NCBI GenBank assembly: GCA_025920425.1
Contig: JAPDLS010000001.1
Location: 308,484-372,483 of the forward strand
From: Candidatus Haiyanarchaeum thermophilum
Lineage (GTDB): Archaea > Nanobdellota > Nanobdellia > JAPDLS01 > Haiyanarchaeaceae
Direction of reading: 5' to 3'
DNA: 64,000 nt
The notes beneath the pieces were generated by a model, which saw nothing but the letters and a program-made list of their open reading frames with translations, searched no databases and was not told where the DNA came from. Shown in pieces: positions 1-10,648 of this stretch (the first letter of the stretch is position 1; each line of letters opens with the position of its first letter). Position numbers and translations under genes: made by a program.

Positions 1-517
1 AGTACTCTCTACCTTGCCCTTGACAACTCACCTCCACAGCCTCTATCTGCTTGTCTTTTATTGTTCTGCCTAATAGGCCTGCAAATGTCCCTAAGTTGAA
101 AGAACTGGTTCCACCTTCACTGCATATCATATAATTTCTGAGCTGCATATAAAGCAGTTTTTCTGCTAAAATTTGATGATTTATGCTAGAGGCATAAAAT
201 ATTTCCATGAAAAGTTCTGCATCTTTCCAGTACTTCTCTATCTCATAGAAATTTTTCACTTCACTTACCCCAAGTGCCTCCCAATAATTCCAAGTAAAAT
301 TTTTACCAATTTGATATAATAGCTTTTCTGATCCTTCCTTATCTTTAAGGTCCTCTCCCATCTCTATAAGAAACTTGGTTGGAAGTAAAACTTCTCTGAA
401 AAAAACCTTCTTTCTCTTATAACTGTAAGCACTTGAAACGAATCCGAACTCAAACCTCATCACTTTAAACTGAACTATTTTCCTAACTAGAAGCTTTTTT
501 AGAGTATCTATGACCAC
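1..517 (-). CDS. V4R-domain protein, partial (runs off the left edge; not in ORF track)
   Basis: Open frame from GTG at 517 (or ATG near 460) ending ...IEAVEVSCQGQGREY at the window edge, matching the V4R E-x-x-C-x3-G-x3-C pattern. Confidence 0.65.
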   Translation of the reverse strand, partial: MVIDTLKKLLVRKIVQFKVMRFEFGFVSSAYSYKRKKVFFREVLLPTKFLIEMGEDLKDKEGSEKLLYQIGKNFTWNYWEALGVSEVKNFYEIEKYWKDAELFMEIFYASSINHQILAEKLLYMQLRNYMICSEGGTSSFNLGTFAGLLGRTIKDKQIEAVEVSCQGQGREY

Positions 518-581
518 AAGATGTAAAATCCTTCTGCTATTTTTAAACTTTCAGCTTAATTGAGAGAAAAAGAAGTTGTCT

Positions 582-1628
582 TCATTTCTCCCTTTCCATT
601 ATGAAATCTGCGATTCTTTCCAACATGTCTTTGTACTTGTTATTGGGCATATCATTTAACTGGGCTTTGGCCATCTCAACGAATTTCCTCCCAAGCTCAT
701 AGGATTTCTGGCTGGCCGAAGTCTCTCCAATGAGTCGGAGTGCTCTCTTCACATCTTCCTCATTTATTTCCATCTTCCTCAGAATCTTGAGGAAGTCCTC
801 CTTCTTGCCTAGTGGAAGTTCCTTGAGCGTATAAAGTAATACTATATTTCCCAATTTTCTCTCCACTATATCCTTCCCTACCTTCTTCCCGAACACCTTT
901 TCCTCACCAAAGATATCGAGCATATCATCACGTATTTGAAAAGCCAAGCCGATGTAAAAGCCATAGTTCCTGAGTGCTTCTAACTGTTGGGGGGTGGCAT
1001 TAGCACAGATGGCTCCGACTTCACAACAGGCTTGGAAGAGAGATGCTGTCTTCTTAGATATCATTTCTATATAATCTTCATCGTCGATCTCATAAAACCT
1101 ATTTTGGAGAATGTATGGTTCATCTTCCCTCCCAGCCTGCTCAAAGAGCAGATCTAGGATTTCTCCATCAACTATGTTTTTCATCGTCCTAGCATAGATC
1201 TCCGAAATTAGGGAAGGGTTTTTACACCTGTTAGCTGCTTGAAAAATTGCAGCTGCATAATCCACGGCTATACATTCAGCTATCGCTTTTCCAAACTTGT
1301 ACCAAGTAGTTGGTCTTCCCCTCCTCAGGATACTATGGTCTATTATATCATCGACTATCAGGGAATAATTATGTAGTATCTCGAGCCCTGCAGCCCCATA
1401 GATTACATCTTCAAGCTTTCCTCCAAGTAGTTTGCAACTCAAAATCGCTATCGTTGGACGGATCCTCTTGCCGCCAGTTGAAATTTGATAGGTAACGAGC
1501 TCTCCACCCCTTTGATTTGTATAGCTCACTAATAGTTCTGTAATAATTGGGTCTATCACTTTCGTTACTTTTTCCAAGATGGAGTTGAGCTTAGCTTCTC
1601 TCTTAAATAGGTGGAAACCCATATCCAA
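582..1628 (-). CDS. idsA: Polyprenyl (geranylgeranyl) diphosphate synthase
   Basis: GGKRIRP, first Asp-rich motif DDIID..RRG, KTA, second motif FQIRDDMLD. Confidence 0.9.
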   Translation of the reverse strand: MDMGFHLFKREAKLNSILEKVTKVIDPIITELLVSYTNQRGGELVTYQISTGGKRIRPTIAILSCKLLGGKLEDVIYGAAGLEILHNYSLIVDDIIDHSILRRGRPTTWYKFGKAIAECIAVDYAAAIFQAANRCKNPSLISEIYARTMKNIVDGEILDLLFEQAGREDEPYILQNRFYEIDDEDYIEMISKKTASLFQACCEVGAICANATPQQLEALRNYGFYIGLAFQIRDDMLDIFGEEKVFGKKVGKDIVERKLGNIVLLYTLKELPLGKKEDFLKILRKMEINEEDVKRALRLIGETSASQKSYELGRKFVEMAKAQLNDMPNNKYKDMLERIADFIMEREK

Positions 1629-1697
1629 GACTAGCAGTTCTAGGTTTTAAAAAACTTTGTGGGATAAGTTTTAAGCCTACTAATTCCTAAGACAGAC

Positions 1698-2471
1698 ATG
1701 GTTAAAAGCAAGCAGGTCTTCCAAATCTTGGAAAAATTTTATCGAAACGTTGATCTATGGAAGGAAGTGAAAGAAGAGATGAGAGGCTTCAAGGGGTTCA
1801 GAGAGAAGGACTTTGCTAGCCCCTTCTCCAATCTAGTAATCACTATTCTCTCACAAAATACAAATGCCAAAAATACTGCCCGAGCTTATCTCAACCTGCT
1901 AAAGAAAGTAGGCTCCATCACTCCTGAGAATATTTTAAAACTCTCAGAACGAGAGTTGAGTGAAGCAATCAAAGTCGGTGGGCTTTATCGCATCAAAGCC
2001 AGAAGAATAATGCTGCTCGCTCAGAAAATTGTAGAGGAATATGGAGGCTCCGTTAATGAGCTAATAGTGAAAGGTGATCCTAGAAGGACTAGGGAAAGAT
2101 TACTTGCTCTCCCTGGAGTAGGCGCTAAAACTGCAGACGTGTTTTTGGCATATTGTATGAAATGTGGGGAAATCCCAATTGACAGACACATAACCAGAAT
2201 TACTAAGAGAATAGGAATAGTTAGCAGAAAAGCCAATTATGATGAGATTAAACGAGAATTGAAAAAAGGAATAAAGAGAAAAGATAGGGTAAGATTTCAC
2301 GAGCTCTTAATAAGATTTGGAAAGGATATCTGTAGAGCCAGAAATCCTCTCTGTGAAAATTGTCCTCTAAATGCTCACTGCAGTTGGGAAAGGGCCCAAG
2401 CCGGGATTCGAACCCGGGACTGCGGCTCCACAGGCCGCCACGTTACCTGGCTACGCCACTTGGGCCATTAG
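1698..2471 (+). CDS. nth: Endonuclease III (HhH-GPD DNA glycosylase, 4Fe-4S)
   Basis: ILSQNT, LPGVGAKTA HhH motif, PIDRHI, C-x6-C-x2-C-x5-C cluster; the 3' end runs antisense through tRNA-His. Confidence 0.9.
   Translation: MVKSKQVFQILEKFYRNVDLWKEVKEEMRGFKGFREKDFASPFSNLVITILSQNTNAKNTARAYLNLLKKVGSITPENILKLSERELSEAIKVGGLYRIKARRIMLLAQKIVEEYGGSVNELIVKGDPRRTRERLLALPGVGAKTADVFLAYCMKCGEIPIDRHITRITKRIGIVSRKANYDEIKRELKKGIKRKDRVRFHELLIRFGKDICRARNPLCENCPLNAHCSWERAQAGIRTRDCGSTGRHVTWLRHLGH
2393..2466 (-). tRNA. tRNA-His(GTG) with encoded G-1, no encoded CCA
   Basis: Acceptor GCCCAAG/CTTGGGC, anticodon arm GCGGC-CTGTGGA-GCCGC, T-loop TTCGAAT, discriminator C. Confidence 0.97.
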
Positions 2472-2535
2472 AATAAGGAGAGCTCGAGCTGATTATTAAT
2501 CTTACTCTTGACTTAAGAACCCTTTCAACTTGTTT

Positions 2536-2685
2536 CTAGATTTCTTCAAATTCCTCTAGTCTCTCTATTGGAATTTCCTCCTCTCGTTCTTCAGGCTTCA
2601 CTTCAACTTTCAAGCATTTGCTCACTTTCCTTGCTCGCTTACCCTTCCTCGTTCCCTTTCCCTTTTTTCCTTTTTTCCTTGGCAT
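2536..2685 (-). CDS. Small 49-aa protein with basic N-terminus and acidic C-terminus (not in ORF track)
   Basis: MPRKKGKKGKGTRKGKRARKVSKCLKVEVKPEEREEEIPIERLEEFEEI*; TATA-like TTTAATA about 25 nt upstream. Confidence 0.55.
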   Translation of the reverse strand: MPRKKGKKGKGTRKGKRARKVSKCLKVEVKPEEREEEIPIERLEEFEEI

Positions 2686-2724
2686 AATTCATTATAGGAA
2701 ATCAAGATATTAAAGGATTAAGAA

Positions 2725-2735
2725 AAGTTTATAAA
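2725..2735 (+). promoter_or_regulatory. Putative BRE/TATA promoter of the 16S rRNA gene
   Basis: GAAAAG-TTTATAAA about 150 nt upstream of the mature 16S 5' end. Confidence 0.6.
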
Positions 2736-2843
2736 ATGAGCTGTGTAGTTTATTATTGCTGTAGTTTCCGGCGAGATTGGGATTGAGAAGATGAACAATC
2801 GGATCCGACTACAGCAACAAAATGAGTACTCTAATTTTTTTAG

Positions 2844-2865
2844 AGTATGAGGTAGGTAAAGGGAG
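2844..2865 (+). repeat. 5' arm of pre-16S processing stem
   Basis: AGTATGAGGTAGGTAAAGGGAG is the exact reverse complement of 4368-4389. Confidence 0.9.
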
Positions 2866-2877
2866 CTTGCGGCTGTA

Positions 2878-4363
<1,486 letters not shown>

Positions 4364-4367
4364 TTTT

Positions 4368-4389
4368 CTCCCTTTACCTACCTCATACT
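4368..4389 (+). repeat. 3' arm of pre-16S processing stem
   Basis: CTCCCTTTACCTACCTCATACT pairs perfectly with 2844-2865. Confidence 0.9.
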
Positions 4390-4432
4390 TCACTTTTCTT
4401 AATTCTAAAAGAAGAGCAAGAAGTTCAGAGAA

Positions 4433-4738
4433 TTAGATGACCCTCTTCTCGGTTAATCCTTCGAGGTAATCTGTCCCAGCATAGCCGGCGAAAAAGCTCA
4501 CTATCCAAGTATTGACTGGTACATATGGCTGAAGCACCACTCCTACTCCAGCTCCAACTATGGCTCCAAGGATCACGGAGGAGAACCACTTCGGAAAGTT
4601 GAGTTTGTCTCCTCGCAGTGCTGCCTTCCTAAGACCCACCGCACTCCTCACTAATTGACCGAGAGCTCCCCAGAGAAGTAAATCTGCTACCATTCCAATA
4701 AGGAAGAAACCAAAATTAAAAAAGCTTTTTCTAGCCAT
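4433..4738 (-). CDS. Small membrane protein of unknown function
   Basis: Three Gly-rich hydrophobic segments (GALGQLVR, GAIVGAGVG, AGYAGTD). Confidence 0.75.
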   Translation of the reverse strand: MARKSFFNFGFFLIGMVADLLLWGALGQLVRSAVGLRKAALRGDKLNFPKWFSSVILGAIVGAGVGVVLQPYVPVNTWIVSFFAGYAGTDYLEGLTEKRVI

Positions 4739-4763
4739 CTTCTAACTGTAGGACTCGGAATAA

Positions 4764-5060
4764 GTTTTATTAGTTTATCCTAGAATTATTTTCGAAAGTC
4801 ATGATGAGAAACACTTAGCAAGATGTGCAAAAATATTGAGTAAGTGTGGCTATAAAGTCTCCAGGATATCTAAAAATTATTTCCTAGCACAAAAGTAACT
4901 TAAGGTGTAAAGAAAATTTTATCATAAACTACGACCTGCAAGCTTCAATATAATTTTGTGGATAGATATTGAAAGTGGAATAGTCTTTCTGTATGAAAGG
5001 GTAAATGGAGCTGAATACTTCAAAATGGAAAATATTGTGAAAAACTTATTAAGGTGTTTT
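4764..5060 (+). pseudogene. Possible decayed gene of unknown type
   Basis: One frame reads ...HDEKHLARCAKILSKCGYKVSRISKNYFLAQK*LKV*RKFYHKLRPASFNIILWIDIESGIVFLYERVNGAEYFK... across a 300-nt gap that is unusually long for this genome. Confidence 0.3.
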
Positions 5061-5062
5061 CC

Positions 5063-5539
5063 CTACTCCTTCTTCTTCTCCTCTTTGACAATTAGCTCCA
5101 GATAAGTTTTGAGTATAGGTATCGCTTTTTCAGCTCCTTCACGCTTCTTCAAGTACTCGTAGGCTTCGTGGATGGAGTTCTCTCCATATAATTTCTTGTG
5201 AAGCTCGGAACATTTTGAAAAGCATTTTACAGCACTTCTAGCATTTCCAGCATAGAGATATAAGCTACCAGCTACATGATAATTTACTCTGGCATGAAGG
5301 AGCTTCCCCTGCTTCTCCTCTTCCTTAGCCTTCATTTCATATTCCTTAGGATCCTTGCCTCTAGGATCTAGGTTTATCCAGCGCAAAGCTCTATAAAGTT
5401 CATCGTCTCCACCACAGAGTTCCTCCAACTGGCTCTTCACTCTTCCTTCTTCCCTCCTCTCAATCAACTTGGCCTCCTGGACTTTTTTCCTTCTCAAGAA
5501 TTTTTTGAGCCTTTCCATATAATTACCATTTAGTGACAA
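5063..5539 (-). CDS. Hypothetical helical (TPR-like) protein
   Basis: 158-aa ORF directly downstream of glmS, with TPR-like helices (YHVAGSLYLYAGNARSAVKCFSK). Confidence 0.7.
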   Translation of the reverse strand: MSLNGNYMERLKKFLRRKKVQEAKLIERREEGRVKSQLEELCGGDDELYRALRWINLDPRGKDPKEYEMKAKEEEKQGKLLHARVNYHVAGSLYLYAGNARSAVKCFSKCSELHKKLYGENSIHEAYEYLKKREGAEKAIPILKTYLELIVKEEKKKE

Positions 5540-5553
5540 CTTAAAAAACTTTT

Positions 5554-7326
5554 CTATTTAACACATACTGCCTTAGCCAGATTTCGAGGCTTATCAGGAT
5601 CAAATCCTTTGAGAATGGCAAGCTGATAAGCAAGCACTTGGATCGGGATGATTTGGACTATTGGATTTTCAGTTCCAGCTTCAGGAACTTTGATCCAATC
5701 ATCGAACACTTCGTGAAAGTTAGGGGAAACTCCTATAATATACCCTCCCCTCGCCTTGATCTCACACGCATTCGAGATTATTTCCTTCTCATTATCTTGT
5801 GCTACGAAGATTATGCAGGGAGTACCTTTCTCTATTAAAGCAATAGTGCCATGTTTAAGCTCCCCTCCAGCTAATGCCTCAGCATGAATGTAGGAAACTT
5901 CTTTTATCTTGAGAGCAGCTTCCATGGCGGTCGCATATTGAAGTCCTCTTCCTATGCAGAATATGTGCTCTGCCCTCCTCAACTTTTGAGCCAGCTCCTT
6001 AAGCTTCTTCCTCATAGTAGCAGAAGTAAGATAATATATCACATTCCATAGGTATCTCAACCTCCTCCTCCCTTCTTCATATTTACCTATCATCGCATAT
6101 GCCAGAAGAGTGAGGAGGGCTAATTGGGAAGTATATGTCTTAGTGGAAAGTACGCAGATCTCCGGACCAGCATGCATTAGCAGAAATGTGTCGGATTCTC
6201 TAGTAAGGCTTGAGCCAGGAACATTCACTATAGAGATCACCTTACTTCCCCTCATCTTAGCTACTCTAACTGCCTCGAGCACATCATACGTTTCTCCTGA
6301 TTGAGAAACTGCAATTACCAAAGTGTGGGAATCTAGAAATGATTGGTAGCTTGAAAATTCTGAGGCCAGCACCACATTTAGAGGTTTTCCGACTACCTTA
6401 GAAAAGATATAGCTAGCTGCTAAGCAAGCATGATAGCTGGATCCGCATCCTATGAGAAAAACCCTTTCGGCTCTCTTCATTTCCCTCGTAATCCTCTCTA
6501 CTATCTCCTTCTTCTGAGCTATAGCTCTCTTGATCGTCTCCACCTGCTCACAGATCTCCTTCAGCATGTAATGCTCAAACTTCCCCTTCCTCACTTCATC
6601 CACATCAAAATCCACTCTATCCACTTTCCTCCTCACCCTCTTCAGCTTCCCACCCTTTATATTGTAACATCTTACCTTAGAGTTCAGTACTACCATATCA
6701 TAATCGTAAAGGTAGATCACCTGTTTAGTATGTTCTAGGAAGGCTGGGATGTCGCTAGCTGCAAAGAGGCCATGATCTGCTACTCCTATCACTAGAGGAG
6801 AACCCTTCCTTATTGCTACTATCTTTCTCTCCCCACTTCTCACCACTAGAATGGCAAAATTTCCCTCCAGTTTTGAAAGTACTGTGCACGCCTCCTCGAG
6901 GCATTTTCCCCTCCTCAATTCCTCCTCGATGAGGTGAGCTATGACCTCTGTATCTGTCTCGCTCTTAAATACATGTCCTTTCCTCATCAGCTTTTCCTTC
7001 AATTCAAGATAATTCTCGATTATTCCATTGTGAACCACTGCTATGCTTCCGCTGCAATCAAGGTGGGGATGTGCATTTCTTTTTGATACCTTTCCATGGG
7101 TGGCCCACCTGGTATGACCTATTGCCAAATTACTTCGAGGTCTGAGGAGATTTAACTTCTTGTGAACTTCAAGCACTGTACCCTTATCCTTCTTCACTAC
7201 GAGACCTTCTCCAGTAAGAAAGGCTACTCCCACTGAATCATATCCTCTATATTCTAAATGCCTCAATCCATCAAGTACTATCCTAGAGGCATTCCTTTCT
7301 CCTACATATCCTATTATTCCGCACAT
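5554..7326 (-). CDS. glmS: Glutamine-fructose-6-phosphate aminotransferase
   Basis: MCGIIG, EYRGYDS, GHTRWATHG, SQSGET, PRNLAK. Confidence 0.97.
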   Translation of the reverse strand: MCGIIGYVGERNASRIVLDGLRHLEYRGYDSVGVAFLTGEGLVVKKDKGTVLEVHKKLNLLRPRSNLAIGHTRWATHGKVSKRNAHPHLDCSGSIAVVHNGIIENYLELKEKLMRKGHVFKSETDTEVIAHLIEEELRRGKCLEEACTVLSKLEGNFAILVVRSGERKIVAIRKGSPLVIGVADHGLFAASDIPAFLEHTKQVIYLYDYDMVVLNSKVRCYNIKGGKLKRVRRKVDRVDFDVDEVRKGKFEHYMLKEICEQVETIKRAIAQKKEIVERITREMKRAERVFLIGCGSSYHACLAASYIFSKVVGKPLNVVLASEFSSYQSFLDSHTLVIAVSQSGETYDVLEAVRVAKMRGSKVISIVNVPGSSLTRESDTFLLMHAGPEICVLSTKTYTSQLALLTLLAYAMIGKYEEGRRRLRYLWNVIYYLTSATMRKKLKELAQKLRRAEHIFCIGRGLQYATAMEAALKIKEVSYIHAEALAGGELKHGTIALIEKGTPCIIFVAQDNEKEIISNACEIKARGGYIIGVSPNFHEVFDDWIKVPEAGTENPIVQIIPIQVLAYQLAILKGFDPDKPRNLAKAVCVK

Positions 7327-7410
7327 TTAGAAGAAAGGGTCATCTAAGTTTAAATAGATTGAGCAAAATCTAAAAGCTTTTAAACATCTTCCTCTTTGAG
7401 GAATTAGGAA

Positions 7411-8157
7411 ATGCGCAACATTTTGCGGATCTCGATCGGAATTCTTTTGGTAGCAGCTCTCCTATTAGCTCCTACATCCAGATCGATTGCAATTCAAGCT
7501 AATGAGCAAGGAAAGCGATATCCACCCTCCCTAGACTGGATAGAGCCATGGAGCTTTCAGAAAATGATCTTCATCCACTATGCTAAAGCCTCTTCGCCTC
7601 AGGCCAAAGTTCCCACATGCTACAAATTGTTGGGAGTGAAATGGAAATCCCTCCCAGTGAACTATGTGGTACATCCCAATCTGAGCTTGGAAGCAATAAT
7701 AGCAAGTACTGAAACTTGGGATACTGCTACCAGTACTAAGCTCTTTGGAACAGCTTTGGTAGATTCTTCAGCAAATTGGGATAGCGGATCTCCAGATGGA
7801 AGGAATGAATATTCTCTCGGAAATTATCCTGAGGAAGGAGTAATTGCGGTTACTGTGGTATGGAGTGGTGTTCCAGTAGGAGGAAAGGGGAGACAGATCT
7901 TAGAGTTCGATGTAATGTTCGACACAGATTATAACTGGTATGATTGTACAATTACTGAATGTACTGCTGCTAACAAAGGGATGGATCTACAGAACATAGC
8001 CACTCACGAAACAGGACATGGAGTGGGGTTGGCAGATGTATACGATCCTAGTTGTTCGGCAGTTACCATGTATGGCTACTCTACCTATGGGGAAATTCAG
8101 AAGAGGACACTTGAGCCTCCTGACATAACTGGTCTGCAGAAACTCTACGGAGCCTGA
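7411..8157 (+). CDS. Secreted matrixin-like zinc metalloprotease
   Basis: Signal peptide, HETGHGVGLAD zinc motif, Met-turn TMY. Confidence 0.85.
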   Translation: MRNILRISIGILLVAALLLAPTSRSIAIQANEQGKRYPPSLDWIEPWSFQKMIFIHYAKASSPQAKVPTCYKLLGVKWKSLPVNYVVHPNLSLEAIIASTETWDTATSTKLFGTALVDSSANWDSGSPDGRNEYSLGNYPEEGVIAVTVVWSGVPVGGKGRQILEFDVMFDTDYNWYDCTITECTAANKGMDLQNIATHETGHGVGLADVYDPSCSAVTMYGYSTYGEIQKRTLEPPDITGLQKLYGA

Positions 8158-8222
8158 AATCTTCTTAATTCTTTGAATTCTTCCCCCTACTTAGATTGTA
8201 GTGGAGATACTCAACTACATGA

Positions 8223-8294
8223 TGGACCGGCCGGGACTTGAACCCGGGGCCTCTCCCTAGCCAGGGGAGCGTTCTGCCGCTGAACTACCGGCCC
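8223..8294 (-). tRNA. tRNA-Ala(GGC)
   Basis: Acceptor GGGCCGG/CCGGTCC-A with G3:U70, anticodon arm CTCCC-CTGGCTA-GGGAG, T-loop TTCAAGT. Confidence 0.95.
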
Positions 8295-8348
8295 ACATTA
8301 TGTGCTTCTCATTAAAAGCTTATAAAATTTGATCTTCTGGATAAACTT

Positions 8349-9923
8349 ATGTTTTGGGCAGACAATGTGGCAAAGCAAATAATAGAGAAGTTTGGAGAGA
8401 GGAGAGAATATGTAATAGTCACAGGCACCTCTATGAGTGGGGAACCCCATATAGGAAATGCTAGTGATCTTATTCGTGGGGAGGCAGTGAGGATTGCTCT
8501 CAATGACCTGGGAAAAAAAGCTAAGCTCATCTGGGTTTCAGATGATATGGACCCATTTAGATCAGTGCCTCTCGGCTTTCCAGAGGAGTTCAAGGATTAT
8601 CTAGGCTTTCCTGTCTCTATGGTCCCAGACCCTCATGGTTGTCATGAAAGCTTTGCCAGACATTATGAACTGTTATTCTTAAACCAGTTGAAGGATCTAG
8701 AGATAAGGCCCAAACCATATTTCGGAATTGAAATGTACAGGAAAGGAATGTATAACAAGAGCTTAAGAAAAGCAGTTGAGCTTCGTAAGGAAATCATGAA
8801 AGTCCTAAACAAATATAAGAAGGAACCTCTCCCCGAAAATTGGTATCCATTTAACATAATCTGTGAGAAGTGTCATAGGATCTCCACAACCAAGGTAGTC
8901 ACATGCGACGGAATAGAAGCAGAGTATTTCTGCGATCCTCAGGAAACAATTCTCCACAAGAAATATATCGTGAGGGGATGTGGATATCGAGGTAAGGTGA
9001 ATATTTTGGATGGAAATGCTAAGTTAGCTTGGAGGGTGGAGTGGCCAGCAAGATGGGCTTTCTTAAAATGTGTATGCGAACCATTTGGGAAGGAGCATGC
9101 TGCTCATGGAGGCTCATGGGATACTGGTAAGGAACTCGTGAAGCTCTTTGGTTGGGAGGCACCTGTACCAGTGATCTATGAGCATATCCAAGTAATGGGA
9201 GAAAAGATGAGCAAGAGTAAAGGAAACGTGATTACGATCCCTATGCTCCTAGAGGTGATGAGTGCTCCTGAGATCAAGTTTTGGCTGAACTTCGGAAAAA
9301 TTACAAAGGCTAAGGATATCAATTTGAGAGATCTCCCTCTCCATAATGCATTTGAATTCGATAAGGCTGAAAAGATCTTCTTTGGTGTATATTCAACCAA
9401 TAACCCAAGAGAAGATCTCAACTATAAGAGAGCTTATGAGATATCCACAAATAAGGAGTTCCATAGACCACTTAATCTAGAATATGATTTCGCAGCCCTC
9501 CTTTCCCAGCTCTTTGGTTGCAAGCTTGAAAAGGTAAAGAATGTGCTCATACGCACTGGTCATTATCAAGGAAATGGGGAAACAGATAGGAGGATAAAGC
9601 TCAGATTGAAGAATGCCTTTAATTGGGTACAAAAATATGCTCCTGAGAATTACAGGCTAAAGGGAGAGGGAACTAAGGTGGAGTTAAATGAGCTGGAGGC
9701 AAGACAATTCAGAGAACTCATGAAAGTGATAGAAGAAGTAGAGGACAGTGAAGTGCTCCAGCAGCGAATCTATGAAGTAGCTAGAATTGGAGATGTGAAG
9801 GAGTTCTTCAGAAAGTGCTATCTTGCTCTCATCGGAAAGGGGGAGGGTCCGAGATTGGCTAATCTCATCATCGCCCTAGGAAAGAAGGAAGTTGTGAAAA
9901 GATTAGGGAGGAGTCTAGAATGA
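8349..9923 (+). CDS. lysS: Lysyl-tRNA synthetase, class I
   Basis: FWAD start, SGEPHIGN (HIGH), KLAWRVEWPARW, KMSKSKGN, GPRL. Confidence 0.97.
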   Translation: MFWADNVAKQIIEKFGERREYVIVTGTSMSGEPHIGNASDLIRGEAVRIALNDLGKKAKLIWVSDDMDPFRSVPLGFPEEFKDYLGFPVSMVPDPHGCHESFARHYELLFLNQLKDLEIRPKPYFGIEMYRKGMYNKSLRKAVELRKEIMKVLNKYKKEPLPENWYPFNIICEKCHRISTTKVVTCDGIEAEYFCDPQETILHKKYIVRGCGYRGKVNILDGNAKLAWRVEWPARWAFLKCVCEPFGKEHAAHGGSWDTGKELVKLFGWEAPVPVIYEHIQVMGEKMSKSKGNVITIPMLLEVMSAPEIKFWLNFGKITKAKDINLRDLPLHNAFEFDKAEKIFFGVYSTNNPREDLNYKRAYEISTNKEFHRPLNLEYDFAALLSQLFGCKLEKVKNVLIRTGHYQGNGETDRRIKLRLKNAFNWVQKYAPENYRLKGEGTKVELNELEARQFRELMKVIEEVEDSEVLQQRIYEVARIGDVKEFFRKCYLALIGKGEGPRLANLIIALGKKEVVKRLGRSLE

Positions 9924-10648
9924 AGATCCACGTAGGCTGCTGTGGAATTCCTGGAGGGCTCAGGAAATATTCACAGCTATTTAGGGTTGTGGAGATCAAT
10001 AGCACCTTTTATAGGCTTCCAAAGCTCGAAACTGCATTAAAATGGAGGAGTCAAGTACCTGAGGACTTCGTCTTCTGTTTAAAAGCCTTCCAAGGTATTA
10101 CTCATCCCATCACCTCTCCTACTTGGAAGAGGAGTGGAATTAAGGACTATCAAAAATTAGGAGAGAAAGTGGGATTTCTAAGAACTTCTAAGGAAGTTCT
10201 AAAATTTTGGGAAGATACCATTCAGATCTGCAGAGCTTTGAGGGCTAGAGTATGTCTTCTTCAACTTCCAGCCAGCTTTAAGGAAAGCAGTGAAAATAGG
10301 AAAGCAGTTAAGGCTTTCTTCTCCAAAGTGAAGAGAGATAGAGTCTCAATAGCTCTAGAACTTAGAGGCTGGGATGAGGATACCTTCGCTGCACTCTGCA
10401 AAGAGCTCGATTTGATAGAGGTAACTGACCCTTTTGTGAGATTACCCAGCTATGTGAAAAAAGTGGCCTATTTTAGGCTTCACGGCAGCTATAATAGAGG
10501 AAGGATCAATTATAATTACCGATATTCTGTGGGGGAGCTCAGGCAGCTCAGAGAAAAGTTGAATGAAGTAAAAGCAGATGAAATCTTCGTGCTATTCAAC
10601 AATACCTATATGAGGGAAAGTGCTGAAAGTTTTCTGAAATTGATCTAA
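9920..10648 (+). CDS. DUF72 family protein
   Basis: VGCCG, VEINSTFY, LLQLPASF, YFRLHG, FNN. Confidence 0.9.
   Translation: MKIHVGCCGIPGGLRKYSQLFRVVEINSTFYRLPKLETALKWRSQVPEDFVFCLKAFQGITHPITSPTWKRSGIKDYQKLGEKVGFLRTSKEVLKFWEDTIQICRALRARVCLLQLPASFKESSENRKAVKAFFSKVKRDRVSIALELRGWDEDTFAALCKELDLIEVTDPFVRLPSYVKKVAYFRLHGSYNRGRINYNYRYSVGELRQLREKLNEVKADEIFVLFNNTYMRESAESFLKLI

Noticed and set aside
4433-4738. Holin of a provirus
   Set aside because: Small TM protein, but no viral genes nearby
4801-4860. ATGATGA perfect C box
   Set aside because: No CTGA D or D' boxes follow at suitable spacing
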